Shown in pieces: positions 23,772 through 36,800 of a DNA stretch of 64,000 nt; the stretch's first letter is position 1; every line of letters starts with the position of its first letter. The notes under the pieces were generated by a model, which did no database searches, was not told where the DNA came from, and saw nothing but the letters and a program-made list of their open reading frames with translations. Origin of the DNA: Ranitomeya imitator (Eukaryota). Both the position numbers and the translations under genes were made by a program. The stretch is taken from NCBI RefSeq assembly GCF_032444005.1, contig NC_091283.1, positions 329,592,001 through 329,656,000 of the forward strand, in the 5' to 3' direction.

Positions 23772-24565
23772 TGATAAATGTAAGGTTATACACATGGGAA
23801 GAAGGAATCAATATCACCATTACACACTGAATGGGAAACCACTGGGTAAATCTGACAGGGAGAAGGACTTGGGGATCCTAGTTAATGATAAACTTACCTG
23901 GAGCAGCCAGTGCCAGGCAGCAGCTGCCAAGGCAAACAGGATCATGGGGTGCATTAAAAGAGGTCTGGATACACATGATGAGAGCATTATACTGCCTCTG
24001 TACAAATCCCTAGTTAGACCGCACATGGAGTACTGTGTCCAGTTTTGGGCACCGGTGCTCAGGAAGGATATAATGGAACTAGAGAGAGTACAAAGGAGGG
24101 CAACAAAATTAATAAAGGGGATGGGAGAACTACAATACCCAGATAGATTAGCGAAATTAGGATTATTTAGTCTAGAAAAAAGACGACTGAGGGGCGATCT
24201 AATAACCATGTATAAGTATATAAGGGGACAATACAAATATCTCACTGAGGATCTGTTTATACCAAGGAAGGTGACGGGCACAAGGGGGCATTCTTTGCGT
24301 CTGGAGGAGAGAAGGTTTTTCCACCAACATAGAAGAGGATTCTTTACTGTTAGGGCAGTGAGAATCTGGAATTGCTTGCCTGAGGAGGTGGTGATGGCGA
24401 ACTCAGTCGAGGGGTTCAATATTGTATCATACAATTAGGTTCTGTAGAAGGACGTAGATCTGGGGATTTATTATGATGGAATATAGGCTGAACTGGATGG
24501 ACAAATGTCTTTTTTCGGCCTTACTAACTATGTTACTATGTATGTTACTATGTATATGTTACTAT
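23772..24565 (+). mobile_element. CR1 LINE 3' fragment
   Basis: DKCKVIHMG, LYKSLVRPHMEYCVQFW, LERVQRRATK and RRLRGDLI motifs; ends in (ctatgtta)n tail. Confidence 0.93.
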
Positions 24566-24747
24566 ACCTAGAGTGTGAAATAGGAATTACTGGAAAATCG
24601 TATTTTGTTGACCATCAGAAATAACTCTGAGAAACAATATACGTTATTGAAAAATTGTACAAAAACTTAGAACAGCCAGACGTATTATTGATTGAGAACG
24701 GGAAATTACTTTAGAACTTGTCATATTACTTGGACTATAAGACACAC

Positions 24748-24900
24748 TTTTCCATTACGTCCCTCCAGACAGCACCACAGATGTAGTCCTTCCTTGACCT
24801 GTAGCGGGACAGGATTGCAGAGAGGTTAAAAGGCCCCTCCCTTCTCCACCCGCCAGTGTTTTTTCCTGTCCCTACAGGGGATGTTTTTATGAGAGGTTGC
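24748..24900 (+). mobile_element. Left ITR of a DIRS-type element (DIRS-D)
   Basis: tttccattacgtccctccagacagcacc...; its first bases are complementary to the ICR at 41169-41184, and the body is an inverted match to 41570-41690. Confidence 0.7.
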
Positions 24901-26342
24901 TCCTACAGTGAAGATAGTCCGTACAATGTCCACAGGCTAAAGGGGATCTCGGCCTTCCTTTCCTCAAGCAGTGGCTGACACCTCTCTGTATATGAGGTCC
25001 CTCAGCCATCAGTCAAGCGGTCCGTGGTTGACACATCTCTGAGAGAAGTCCAACAGACAGCCTGTGCATCATTGGCAGTAATGCAGCATTCCTGATGTGA
25101 CACAGCTTCCCTCCATGGTGGGCTCTCAGCATTACCTGCTTCCCCTGTTTTTCTAGCGGTTGTGGAGCCAGCACAGGTAAGTGCACTGTGGAATGTTGTG
25201 TTGACAGCATTAGCCCAGAGGCTTAGGCCATCAACACAACATTCCACAGTGCACTTACCTGTGCTGGCTCCACGGCACTGTGGAATGTTGTGTTGACGGC
25301 CTAAGCCTCTGGGCTAATGCTGGTCTCATGCCTTTGTGCCAAAGCTGGGCCTTGAGCCTCATGTGCTGAGGTTTGATTTCACATATATGCAGCTAAACCT
25401 TGGACCTCTAGGCTATCATAAGACCATATGTCCGGGCTACATCTCATGATTTGACTTCAGTTAGTTGCATGTTATATCTGCACAGGGCCTTATGATGGGG
25501 CTTTAGAGTGACTTTTGTAAAGCATGTTTCCCATTTTTGGCTTAATAAACAAATGCTTCACTGTTCTTTGAAACACAACTACTCCAGCCATAGCAGAACA
25601 CATGGTGTTAATGCAGCACATTGTCTCCATGATGACTGCCCTTTAGCTGCAGCTCATTATTGGAGGATTATCCTGAGTTCTGATAGATTGCTCTCTAGAA
25701 TGTAACTGAGAACTTTTTGCCTCTGGCTTAGACCTTCTGCCTTGTGTCTCGTTACTTTGGCAGCGTGGCCACACCTTATATTGTTGGCCTCCCACTTCAC
25801 ATTTTGTCTCTGGCCTCAACTCTGGTTATAGAGTCCCCGTGTTTCTGGACCCAGATCCAGCTTCGGTTGCTTCATGTTTTGCAACTGGGTTTGGACGAGG
25901 GAACAGCTATGCTCGGATTGGCCTAGTAATTTAGTATTTCTTCTGTTTTTAACAGAAATCTCAATTGAGCCACTGCCCTTGAGTGCTAAGGGCAAGTCTC
26001 TCTCATAGTTAGCTTTGAAGGTAGACATGTCTTTTGGGTTCATCCTATAAAAGGACATACTACTGTTCTGGGAGCAGGAAATCCCACGAAGTAGAAAGAA
26101 AGAAAGAATGCTTCCCGACTCCACATACAGCAATCTGACTAGTTTCCTTGAGCAGCATCCGGTTGACAAATTCTTTTCCCATAAGTCTTTTGTATTATGT
26201 TGACCATGGATGGCATCATGGCCTTCTTTTGTACCTTGTCGCGATTCAGCAGCACTGCGTCATGTGGCAGAGGATCCCATACTCGCTGCTCTTAACAGCA
26301 GTCAGGGCTCCTAAGATAAAGAATCTGTATCCAGGACTCTTA

Positions 26343-26590
26343 GGCCGGCGTCACACTCGGCGTAAGACAATACGGTCCGTATTTTACGGCCGTAATACGC
26401 AGAAATGTTCCCAAAATAGTGATCCGTATCTCCTCCGTAGGCAGGGTGTGGCAGCGTATTTTGCGCATGGCATCCTCCGTATTTAATCCGTATGGCATCC
26501 GTACTGCGACATTTTCTCGCAGGCTTGCAAAACCGACATCTAATGGATTTATGGGCTCAAATGTTCGTTAAAACATATATACAGTGTGTA

Positions 26591-26642
<52 letters not shown>

Positions 26643-27715
26643 ATTGAGACACACATATATATACTGTATTTATATTTCATTCAGCGCGAGATATGTGAAA
26701 AGCCGGTAATTCAATTGCCGGCTTTTTCTTTCTCCTTCACAAACCCGACATGATGTGAGACATGGTTTACATACAGTAAACCATCTCATATCCCCATTTT
26801 TTTGCATATTCCACACTACTAATGTTAGTAGTGTGTATGTGCGAAGTTTGTGCGCTCTAGCTATTAAATTTAAGGGTTAAATGGCGGAAAAAATTGGCGT
26901 GGGCTGCCGCGCAATTTTCTCCGCCAGAGTAGTAAAGCCAGTGACTGAGGGCAGATATTAATAGCCTGGAGAGGGTCCATGGTTATTGGCCCCCCCTGGC
27001 TAAAAACACCTGCCCCCAGCCACCCCAGAAAAGGCACATCTGGAAGATGCGCCTATTCTGGCACTTGGCCACTCTCTTCCCATTCCTGTGTAGCGGTGGT
27101 ATATGGGGTAATGAAGGGTTAATGTCACCTTGCTATTGTAAGGTGACATTAAGCCAGATTAATAATGGAGAGGCGTCAATTATGACACCTATCCATTATT
27201 AATCCAATAGTAGTAAAGGGTTAAAAAAAACACACATTATTAAAAAGTATTTTAAGGAAATAAACACAAAGGTTGTTGTAATATTTTATTGTACTCTAAA
27301 TCCACCTGAAGACCCTCGCTCTGTAACAAAGAAAAAATAATAAACCAACAATATACATACCTTCCGAAGATCTGTAACGTCCCACGATGTAAATCCATCT
27401 GAAGGGGTTAAAATATTTTACAGCCAGGAGCTCTGATAATGCAGCTGTGCTCGTGGCTGTGAAACTCCGGGGAATGAAGGTAAAGTAGGTCAATGACCTG
27501 TAGTTACCTTCATTCGCGGTGATGCCCCCTCTGCTGGATGTCCTCATATGAACTGGAGCCTGGGAACTTTTCTGATTTTTTTCCCACGCTCGAAGAACAT
27601 CCAGCAGAGGGCGCCTCACCGCGAATGAAGGTAAATATAGGTCGTTGACCTACTTTACCTTCATTCCCCGGGGTTTTACAGCCACGAGCACAGCTGCATT
27701 AGCAGAGCTCCTGGC
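26343..27715. mobile_element. Truncated Harbinger-like non-autonomous element with (TA)n and a central hairpin
   Basis: Starts tt|aggccggcgtcacac; (TA)n at about 26575-26665; long inverted repeat 27423-27715; right terminus missing. Confidence 0.55.
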
Positions 27716-28381
27716 AGCCATTCCATTAATCGGGAGCGGCGGCATTCCTGGCGGATGTATCGGCGGATTTGTTAAGATTAGCAGCTAGATCAGCTGGTCT
27801 AGTTAATGCCACTCCACGCGCTCTGTGGCTTAAGAGTTGGAAGGGAGATACGCAGTCAATAACAAAACTCTGCGTCATCTGTTATGGTCTGGTGATTAAG
27901 GAGCGACATGCGTCTAGCTCTGAGCAGGTGGCAACTATACTGACCGCAGTCCCTAAGCTCAACACAACACTAGAAGCAGCCGTGGAATGCTCCTAACACT
28001 GCCTATGCATCTCGTCACAGCCGGAGAACTAACTAACCCTAAAGATAGAAGCAGGAAAACTATCTTGCCTCAGAGAAAATTCCCAAAGGATAGATAAGCC
28101 CCCCACAAATAATGACTGTGAGAGGAGAAGGAAATGACATACGTAGTATGAAACAAGATTAAGCACAGGAGGCCACTTCTAGCTAGATAGAAAAAAGTAC
28201 AGGACAGAGCGCTGTGCGGTCAGTAATAAAAACTAGAAAAAGTCCACCGCAGAGAAATGCAAAAATCTCCACACCTGACTAAAGGTGTGGAGGGCAAACT
28301 CTGCAGCCCAGAGCTTCCAGCCTAGCTGAATAGATCCATACTGATAAGCTGGACAAATGAACAAAACATAGAAAGTGGAGA

Positions 28382-29536
28382 GCAAATAGATTAATGGCTG
28401 CACTCAAAATTAATCTGTGCTAGAGCAAGGAAATGTGTGATACATGAAATGGGAATAGCATAATGGCTTGTGAAATATATGAAAAAACGCATGAGATTCT
28501 TAGCACAAGATTTGGCCAAAATTTGTGAGCCCATCCACCAATCGTCAAGGTAATCTCAGAACGGATGGGTAACTGAGCTGACTGCCTAGTGTGAACACTT
28601 ACCTATGGCTAATAACGTGGTAAAGCCTGCTTATATAGGAAGCTCAGAACCAACTGTGTTAGGATGTAATTAAAATCACAGCATGGTGAAGGGCGGAGCG
28701 TTCAAGTCAGAAAAAATGTACATAGTAGATATAGAAAAACTGACTGAACAGCAATCTAATCTGAACTGGTGCATAACCAAAAAAGTCATATAGCAAATAG
28801 ATTAATGGCTGCACTCAAAATTAATCTGTGCTAGAGCAAGGAAATGTGTGATACATGAAATGGGAATAGCATAATGGCTTGTGAAATATATGAAAAAACA
28901 CATGAGATTCTTAGCACAAGATTTGGCCAAAAATTGTGAGCCCATCCACCAATCGTCAAGGTAATCTCAGAACGGATGGGTAACTGAGCTGACTGCCTAG
29001 TGTGAACACTTACCTATGGCTAATAACGTGGTAAAGCCTGCTTATATAGGAAGCTCAGAACCAACTGTGTTAGGATGTAATTAAAATCACAGCAGATTAG
29101 ATTGCTGTTCAGTCAGTTTTTCTATATCTACTATGTACATTTTTTCTGACTTGAACGCTCCGCCCTTCACCATGCTGTGATTTTAATTACATCCTAACAC
29201 AGTTGGTTCTGAGCTTCCTATATAAGCAGGCTTTACCACGTTATTAGCCATAGGTAAGTGTTCACACTAGGCAGTCAGCTCAGTTACCCATCCGTTCTGA
29301 GATTACCTTGACGATTGGTGGATGGGCTCACAATTTTTGGCCAAATCTTGTGCTAAGAATCTCATGTGTTTTTTCATATATTTCACAAGCCATTATGCTA
29401 TTCCCATTTCATGTATCACACATTTCCTTGCTCTAGCACAGATTAATTTTGAGTGCAACCATTAATCTATTTGCTATATGACTTTTTTGGCTATGCACCA
29501 GTTCAGATTAGATTGCTGTTCAGTCAGTTTTTCTAT
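28382..29536. repeat. Fold-back concatemer of a 411-bp unit inserted in the Gypsy-1 3' LTR
   Basis: Unit restarts at 28382 and 28793; inverted copy restarts at 29095 and 29506; atagaaagtggaga duplicated at 28368-28381 and 29537-29550. Confidence 0.88.
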
Positions 29537-29809
29537 ATAGAAAGTGGAGAACCACAAGACAACAAGAGAACTGCAAAAGAACAAGCAAGGACTTAGCTTT
29601 TGCTGAATTGGTCAGAGTGTCAGGAAAATCCTAAGAGCAAAGACTCCAGGCAGGAACAATGACAACTGGCATTGAATGAGGGAAAAGGCCAGACTAATAT
29701 AGCCGAGCCAGAAAGACGATCAGTGAAAACAGCTGCTGAAGCTAAATCCAAGAAGCAGCCATACCACTCAAAACCACAGGAGGGAGCCCAAGAACGGAAT
29801 TCACAACAG

Positions 29810-32800
29810 TACCCCCCCTTGAGGAGGGTTCACCGAACCCTCACCAGAGCCCCCAGGCCGATCAGGACGAGCCAAATGAAAAGCACGAATCAAATCGGCG
29901 ACATGAACATCGGAGGCAACAACCCAAGAATTATCTTCCTGGCCATAACCCTTCCACTTGACAAGATACTGAAGCTTCTGCCTCGAAAAACGAGAATCCA
30001 AAATTTTCTCAACCACATATTCCAACTCCCCCTCAACCAACACCGGAGCAGGAGGATCAACAGATGGAACAACGGGCACCACATATCTCCGCAACAAAGA
30101 TCTATGGAAAACATTGTGGATGGCAAAAGAGGCTGGAAGGGCCAAACGAAAAGACACAGGATTGATAATCTCAGAAATCTTATAAGGACCAATAAACCAA
30201 GGCTTGAACTTAGGGGAAGAAACCTTCATAGAAACATGACGAGAGGACAACCAGACCAAATCCCCCACCCGAAGCCGAGGACCAACACACCCACGGTGGT
30301 TAGCAAAACGCTGAGCCTTTTCCTGGGACAACGTCAAATTGTCCACCACATGAGTCCAAATCTGCTGTAACCTGTCCATCACAGAATCTACACCAGGACA
30401 ATCAGAAGGCTCAACCTGCCCTGAAGAAAAACGAGGATGGAAACCAAAATTACAAAAGAAAGGTGAAACCAAAGTAGCCGAACTGGCCCGATTATTAAGG
30501 GCAAACTCGGCCAACGGCAAGAAGGTCACCCAATCATCCTGATCAGCAGACACAAAGCATCTCAAATAGGTCTCCAAGGTTTGATTAGTTCGCTCAGTTT
30601 GACCATTTGTCTGAGGATGGAACGCCGAAGAAAAAGACAAATCAATACCCATCCTAGCACAAAAGGCCCGCCAAAACCTGGAAACAAACTGGGAACCTCT
30701 GTCAGACACAATATTCTCTGGAATGCCATGCAAATGAACCACATGTTGAAAAAACAATGGAACCAAATCAGAGGAGGAAGGCAATTTAGGCAAAGGTACC
30801 AAATGGACCATTTTAGAGAACCGGTCACAAACCACCCAAATAACAGACATCCTCTGGGACACAGGAAGCTCCGAAATAAAATCAATGGAAATATGCGTCC
30901 AAGGCCTCTCCGGGACGGGCAAAGGCAAAAGCAACCCACTAGCGCGGGAACAGCAAGGCTTAGCCCGGGCACAAGTCCCACAGGACTGCACAAAAGAACG
31001 TACATCCCGCGACAAGGAAGGCCACCAAAAGGACCTAGCAACCAAATCTCTGGTACCAAAAATCCCAGGATGACCGGCCAACACAGAACAATGGACCTCA
31101 GAAATTACCTCACTTGTCCATCTATCAGGAACAAACAACTTCCCCACAGGACAGCGCTCAGGTTTATCAGCCTGAAACTCCCGAAGCGCCCGCCGCAAAT
31201 CAGGGGAGATGGCAGACAGAATCACCCCTTCCCTAAGAATGCCAACCGGCTAAAGGACTCCAGGAGAATCCGGCAAAAAACTCCTAGAGAGGGCATCCGC
31301 TTTAACATTCTTAGATCCTGGAAGATATGAGACCACAAAATCAAAACGGGAGAAAAACAGGGACCACCGAGCCTGTCTAGGGTTCAGCCGCTTGGCCGAC
31401 TCAAGGTAAATCAGATTCTTATGATCGGTCAAGACCACAATGCGGTGCTTGGCTCCCTCAAGCCAATGTCGCCACTCCTCAAATGCCCACTTCATAGCCA
31501 ACAACTCCCGATTGCCAACATCATAATTGCGTTCCGCAGGCGAAAACTTTCGGGAAAAGAAGGCACATAGCTTCATCAAGGAACCATCAGAATTCCTCTG
31601 CGACAAAACGGCCCCTGCCCCAATCTCAGAAGCGTCAACCTCAACCTGAAAGGGAAGAGAAACATCCAGCTGACGCAAGACAGGGGCAGAAGTAAATCGG
31701 CGTTTAAGCTCCTGAAAGGCCTCAACAGCCTCCGAGGACCAATTAGTGACATCAGCGCCTTTCTTCGTCAAATCGGTCAGGGGTTTAACCACACTAGAGA
31801 AGTTGCAAATGAAATGGCGATAAAAATTAGCAAAGCCCAAAAACTTCTGTAGGCACTTCACAGATGTGGGTTGAATCCAGTCATGAATGGCTTGGACCTT
31901 AACAGGATCCATTTCTATAGACGAGGGGGAAAAAATAAACCCCAAAAAAGAGACCTTCTGAACTCCAAATAGGCACTTAGACCCCTTCACAAATAGAGCA
32001 TTATCACGAAGGATCTGGAATACCATCCTGACCTGCTTCACATGAGTCTCCCAATCATTGGAAAAATCAAAATATCATCCAAATACACAATCAAGAATTT
32101 GTCAAGATAATTGCGGAAAATATCATGCATAAAGGACTGAAATACAGAAGGAGCATTAGAAAGCCCGAAAGGCATCACCAGGTATTCAAAATGGCCTTCG
32201 GGCGTATTAAATGCAGTTTTCCATTCGTCACCCTGCTTGATACGAATAAGATTATATGCCCCTCGAAGGTCAATCTTGGTAAACCAACAAGCCCCCTTAA
32301 TCCTAGCAAACAAATCAGAGAGCAGAGGTAAAGGGTATTGGAACTTGACCGTGATCTTATTAAGAAGGCGATAATCAATACAGGGTCTTAAGGAGCCATC
32401 CTGCTTGGCAACAAAAAAGAATCCCGCTCCCAATGGTGACGAAGACGGCCGAATATGCCCCTTCTCCAAAGACTCCTTAACATAGCTCCGCGTAGCGGCA
32501 TGCTCTGGCACAGACAGATTGAAAAGTCGGCCCTTAGGGAACTTACAGCCAGGAATCAAGTCAATAGCGCAATCACAGTCCCTATGTGGAGGAAGGGAAC
32601 TGGACTTGGGCTCATCGAATACATCCTGGAAATCTGACAAAAATTCAGGAAAATCAGAAGAGGGGGAAGAGGAAATTGACATTAAAGGAACGTCACTATG
32701 TACCCCTTGACAACCCCAACTAGTCACAGACATCGATTTCCAATCCAGCACTGGATTGTGCACTTGTAACCATGGGAAACCTAGCACAACAACATCATGT

Positions 32801-33869
32801 AAATTATGCAACACCAGAAAACGGCAATCTTCCTGATGTGCAGGAGTCATGCACATAGTCAGCTGAGTCCAATACTGAGGTTTATTCTTGGCCAATGGTG
32901 TAGCATCAATACCCCTCAAGGGTATGGGACTCTGCAAAGGCTGCAAAGAAAAACCACAGCGCCTAGCGAACTCCAAGTCCATTAAGTTCAGAGCAGCGCC
33001 CGAATCCACAAATGCCATGACGGAAAAAGATGACAATGAGCAAATCAGGGTCACAGACAGGAGAAACTTAGGCTGCACAGTACTAATGGTAACAGATCTA
33101 GCGACCCTCTTAATACACTTAGGGCAATCAGAAATAGCATGAGTAGAATCACCACAGTAAAAACACAGACCATTCTGACGTCTGAATCCCCTCTGTTCCG
33201 CTCTAGTCAAAATCCTATCACATTGCATGGCCTCAGGACTCTGCTCAGAGGATACTGCCATATGGTGCACCACTTTGCGTTCGCGCAGGCGCCGATCAAT
33301 CTGAATGGCCAGAGACATAGATTCGCTCAAACCAACAGGCGTGGGAAACCCCACCATAACATCTTTAAGGGCTTCAGAAAGACCCTTTCTGAAAATTGCT
33401 GCCAGAGCGTCCTCATTCCATTTAATGAGCACAGACCATTTTCTAAATTTCTGGCAGTATAATTCTGCCGCTTCCTGACCCTGACACAAGGCCAACAGTG
33501 TTTTCTCAGCATGCTCTACAGAGTTAGGTTCGTCATACAATAATCCAAGCGATTGAAAAAATGCATCTACATTAAGCAATGCCGGATTCCCTGACTCAAG
33601 TGAGAATGCCCAGTCTTGAGGGTCGCCACGCAGTAGAGAAATAACTATCTTTACTTGCTGAATGGGGTCACCAGAGGAACGGGGTTTAAGAGCAAAAACA
33701 ATTTGCAGTTATTTTTAAAGTTCAAAAACTTAGATCTATCCCCGTAAAACAAATCCGGAGTAGGAATTCTAGGCTCTAAGGCCGGAGTCTGAACCACATA
33801 ATCTTGAATACTCTGTACTCGTGCAGCAAGGTGCTCCACACGAGAACATAAACTCTGAACATCCATGCC
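29810..33869 (-). pseudogene. Gypsy-1 gag-pol (two frameshifts and one in-frame TAG at 31250-31252)
   Basis: MDVQSL start; CFYCGDSTHAISDC knuckle; FVDSGA protease; YLDDIL RT; VDASEIG RNase H; HPQTNGQTER integrase; YLVKWKGY chromodomain. Confidence 0.92.
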
Positions 33870-36800
33870 TGCATCCAAATCCCGAATCACCCAGAGATCA
33901 AGAGGAAGAAAAATGACCAAACAAACTAAAGAGAAAAAAAAAATGGCTCAGAACTTTTTCTCTTCCTTCTTTTGAGAGGCAATCAGCTCATTTTTGGCCA
34001 GTTGTACTGTTATGGTCTGGTGATTAAGGAGCGACATGCGTCTAGCTCTGATCAGGTGGCAACTATACTGACTGCAGTCCCTAAGCTCAACACAACACTA
34101 GAAGCAGCCGTGGAATGCTCCTAACACTGCCTATGCATCTCGTCACAGCCGGAGAACTAACTAACCCTAAAGATAGAAGCAGGAAAACTATCTTGCCTCA
34201 GAGAAAATTCCCAAAGGATAGATAAGCCCCCCACAAATAATGACTGTGAGAGGAGAAGGAAATGACATACGTAGTATGAAACAAGATCAAGCACAGGAGG
34301 CCACTTCTAGCTAGATAGAAAAAAGTACAGGACAGAGCGCTGTGCGGTCAGTAATAAAAACTAGAAAAAGTCCACCGCAGAGAAATGCAAAAATCTCCAC
34401 ACCTGACTAAAGGTGTGGAGGGCAAACTCTGCAGCCCAGAGCTTCCAGCCTAGCTGAATAGATCCATACTGATAAGCTGGACAAATGAACAAAACATAGA
34501 AAGTGGAGAACCACAAGACAACAACAAGAGAACTGCAAAAGAACAAGCAAGGACTTACCTTTTGCTGAATTGGTCAGAGTGTCAGGAAAATCCTAAGAGC
34601 AAAGACTCCAGGCAGGAACAATGACAACTGGCATTGAATGAGGGCAAAGGCCAGACTAATATAGCCGAGCCAGAAAGACGATCAGTGAAAACAGCTGCTG
34701 AAGCTAAATCCAAGAAGCAGCCATACCACTCAAAACCACAGGAGGGAGCCCAAGAACGGAATTCACAACAGCCATCCCCTGCCAGGGTGAGTTTTTCTTC
34801 GGAAGTCTACTGGATGAGATACCAAAGCGGGAGAAAGGAAAAAGGGTTTCCCTAATCAAGCTCTTTCATTATATAGGAGAGCATTTAAAAGACGTCCATT
34901 CAACAAAAGGAAGATGTCGGAAGGCTGAGACTGTTGGGCTACGAAGAACGTCAAACAAAGGGGCTAAGTTTAAAGGGCCTTCTTCCCAGAAAGGTAGTAG
35001 GTTCCAATAGCCCAGATCCTCCAGTAGGAGGCAGACTAAAATGTTTCCACCAAAGATGGAAGGAGATAACAGCAAGTACCTGGTTCCTGAACCTAGTGAA
35101 GTTTCATGATTCGTTTATTTTGACATCACTTAAGTCACCAGGACCACAAATAGCTCTTGAATCAGAAATTCTGAATTTAGTGTCCTAAAAAGTCCTAGTA
35201 GAAGTTCCGGTGGGTCAGGAAGGAAGGGGATTTTATTCCCTTTTTTTTCCTGGTCTCTAAACCGGACGGGTCATTTAGGACCATTATAAATTTAAAGAAG
35301 TTAAATACCTTTCTTTACCATCTTAAATTCAAGATGGGGTTAATTAGATCCACTATCAAACTTTTATTTCCTAGATGTATGATGGCCGGATTGGATCTAA
35401 AAGATGCATATTATCATCTTCCTATACATGTCAAATACCAGCGGGATCTCGGAGTGGCAGTGATCTTGGCAGGGAGAGTCTGCCATTTCCAGTTCGCAGC
35501 GATGCCCTTCAGTCTCTCTATGGCACCTTGAGTATTCACGAAACTAATGTTGGAGGTGATGTCCTTTTTACGTCAGCAAAATATGTTGATTATACCCTAT
35601 TTAGATGATTTTCTGGTAGTAGGAAACTCGACCTTCCACTGTAGTAACCGCCTTGCTGACACAATTTTGTCTCTTCAGGCGTTGGCATGGATTATCAATT
35701 TCGAGAAGTCCAGCCTGGCACCACAGACCCTTCAGACTTTCCTGGGTCTTCATCTGGATTCCACAAGTCAAAAATATCTGCTTCCAGAGGTAAAGAAGTC
35801 AGTCATAAAGGCGACAGTTAGGACAGCAATGGACAAACCTCAGATATTCTTAAGAGAGGCTATGTCCCTTCTAGGATCCCTTACCTCCTGCATTCCGGCG
35901 GTCCTCCACAAGGAAGAAAGTTTGCGGAGTCATCTGGGGGGAGCAATAACCTTGTCTACATAAGTAATAACCTCACTGGCATGGAGGTTGGATGATACCC
36001 ATCTTTCTAGAGATGTCCTATGGGTAATAAAACCATCCATTATAATCACCAATGATGCTAGTCCTGAAGGATTGGGCGCCCATACAGGGAACAGCCTAGC
36101 CTAGGGACTGTGGAACACAGAGGAGATGCAGGACACATCAAACTTGAAAGAGCTGAACGCGATCAGTCATGTATTGCACATTTTCTTCCACAGCTTCAAG
36201 GTTCGCATGTAAGAGTCCTTTCAGACAACACCACGGCGGTTGCATATGTGAACCGACAAGGCAGAACACGATCAAAGAAGCTGATGTCTTCCGCTGTAAA
36301 AATTTTCATTTTAGCCAAGACCCATCTACTTTCTCTCTCAGCTATCCATATCAAGGGGAAGGACAACTCAAAAGCAGACTTCCTGAGCTATCATGTGCTA
36401 CGTCAAGGAGAATGGTGTCTCAACCGCCAGATATTCAGAAAGATCATAGAATTATGGGGTATTCCTCACATAAACCTTTTTGCCACTGAGGAGAACAAGT
36501 AGGTGCAGAGATTCACCTCCCTGAATACAGCAGATCATCCGGAGAAAATGGATGCCCTTCAAGCTCCTTGGCAGTTCAAACTAGCATATGCCTTTCCGCC
36601 AATAATGCTGCTACCTCTTGTCATCAGAAAGATCAGGGAACAGAAAGCAAGGATAATCCTCATCGCACCGTTCTGGCCCAAGAGTCCTTGATTCTCCTAG
36701 CTGCGGGCCATGTCCATGACCGACCCATGGGTCCTCCCATCAATCCCGGATCCACTCTCTCAGGGTCCATGCCTTCATCCTCAAGTGGAGGGTCTCCACC

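Larger units (their letters stand above)
27880..34770 (-). mobile_element. Ty3/Gypsy chromodomain LTR retrotransposon (Gypsy-1; Tf1/sushi-like)
   Basis: LTRs 34008-34770 (5') and 27880-29808 (3', carrying an insertion), TG...CA ends; PPT at ~29812-29822; gag-PR-RT-RH-IN-chromodomain; flanks gtcatc/gccatc. Confidence 0.95.

Noticed and set aside
23641-24438. 265-aa ORF just downstream of the ZNF as a possible novel gene or extra exon
   Set aside because: It is the C-terminal part of a CR1 reverse transcriptase with an incidental upstream ATG.
25816-26330. Minus-strand ORF fragments between the DIRS-D ITR and the MITE
   Set aside because: No recognisable domain could be assigned by eye; left unannotated.
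29672-31330. Long + strand ORFs (232 and 249 aa) over Gypsy-1
   Set aside because: Antisense shadows of the integrase frame; no motifs.
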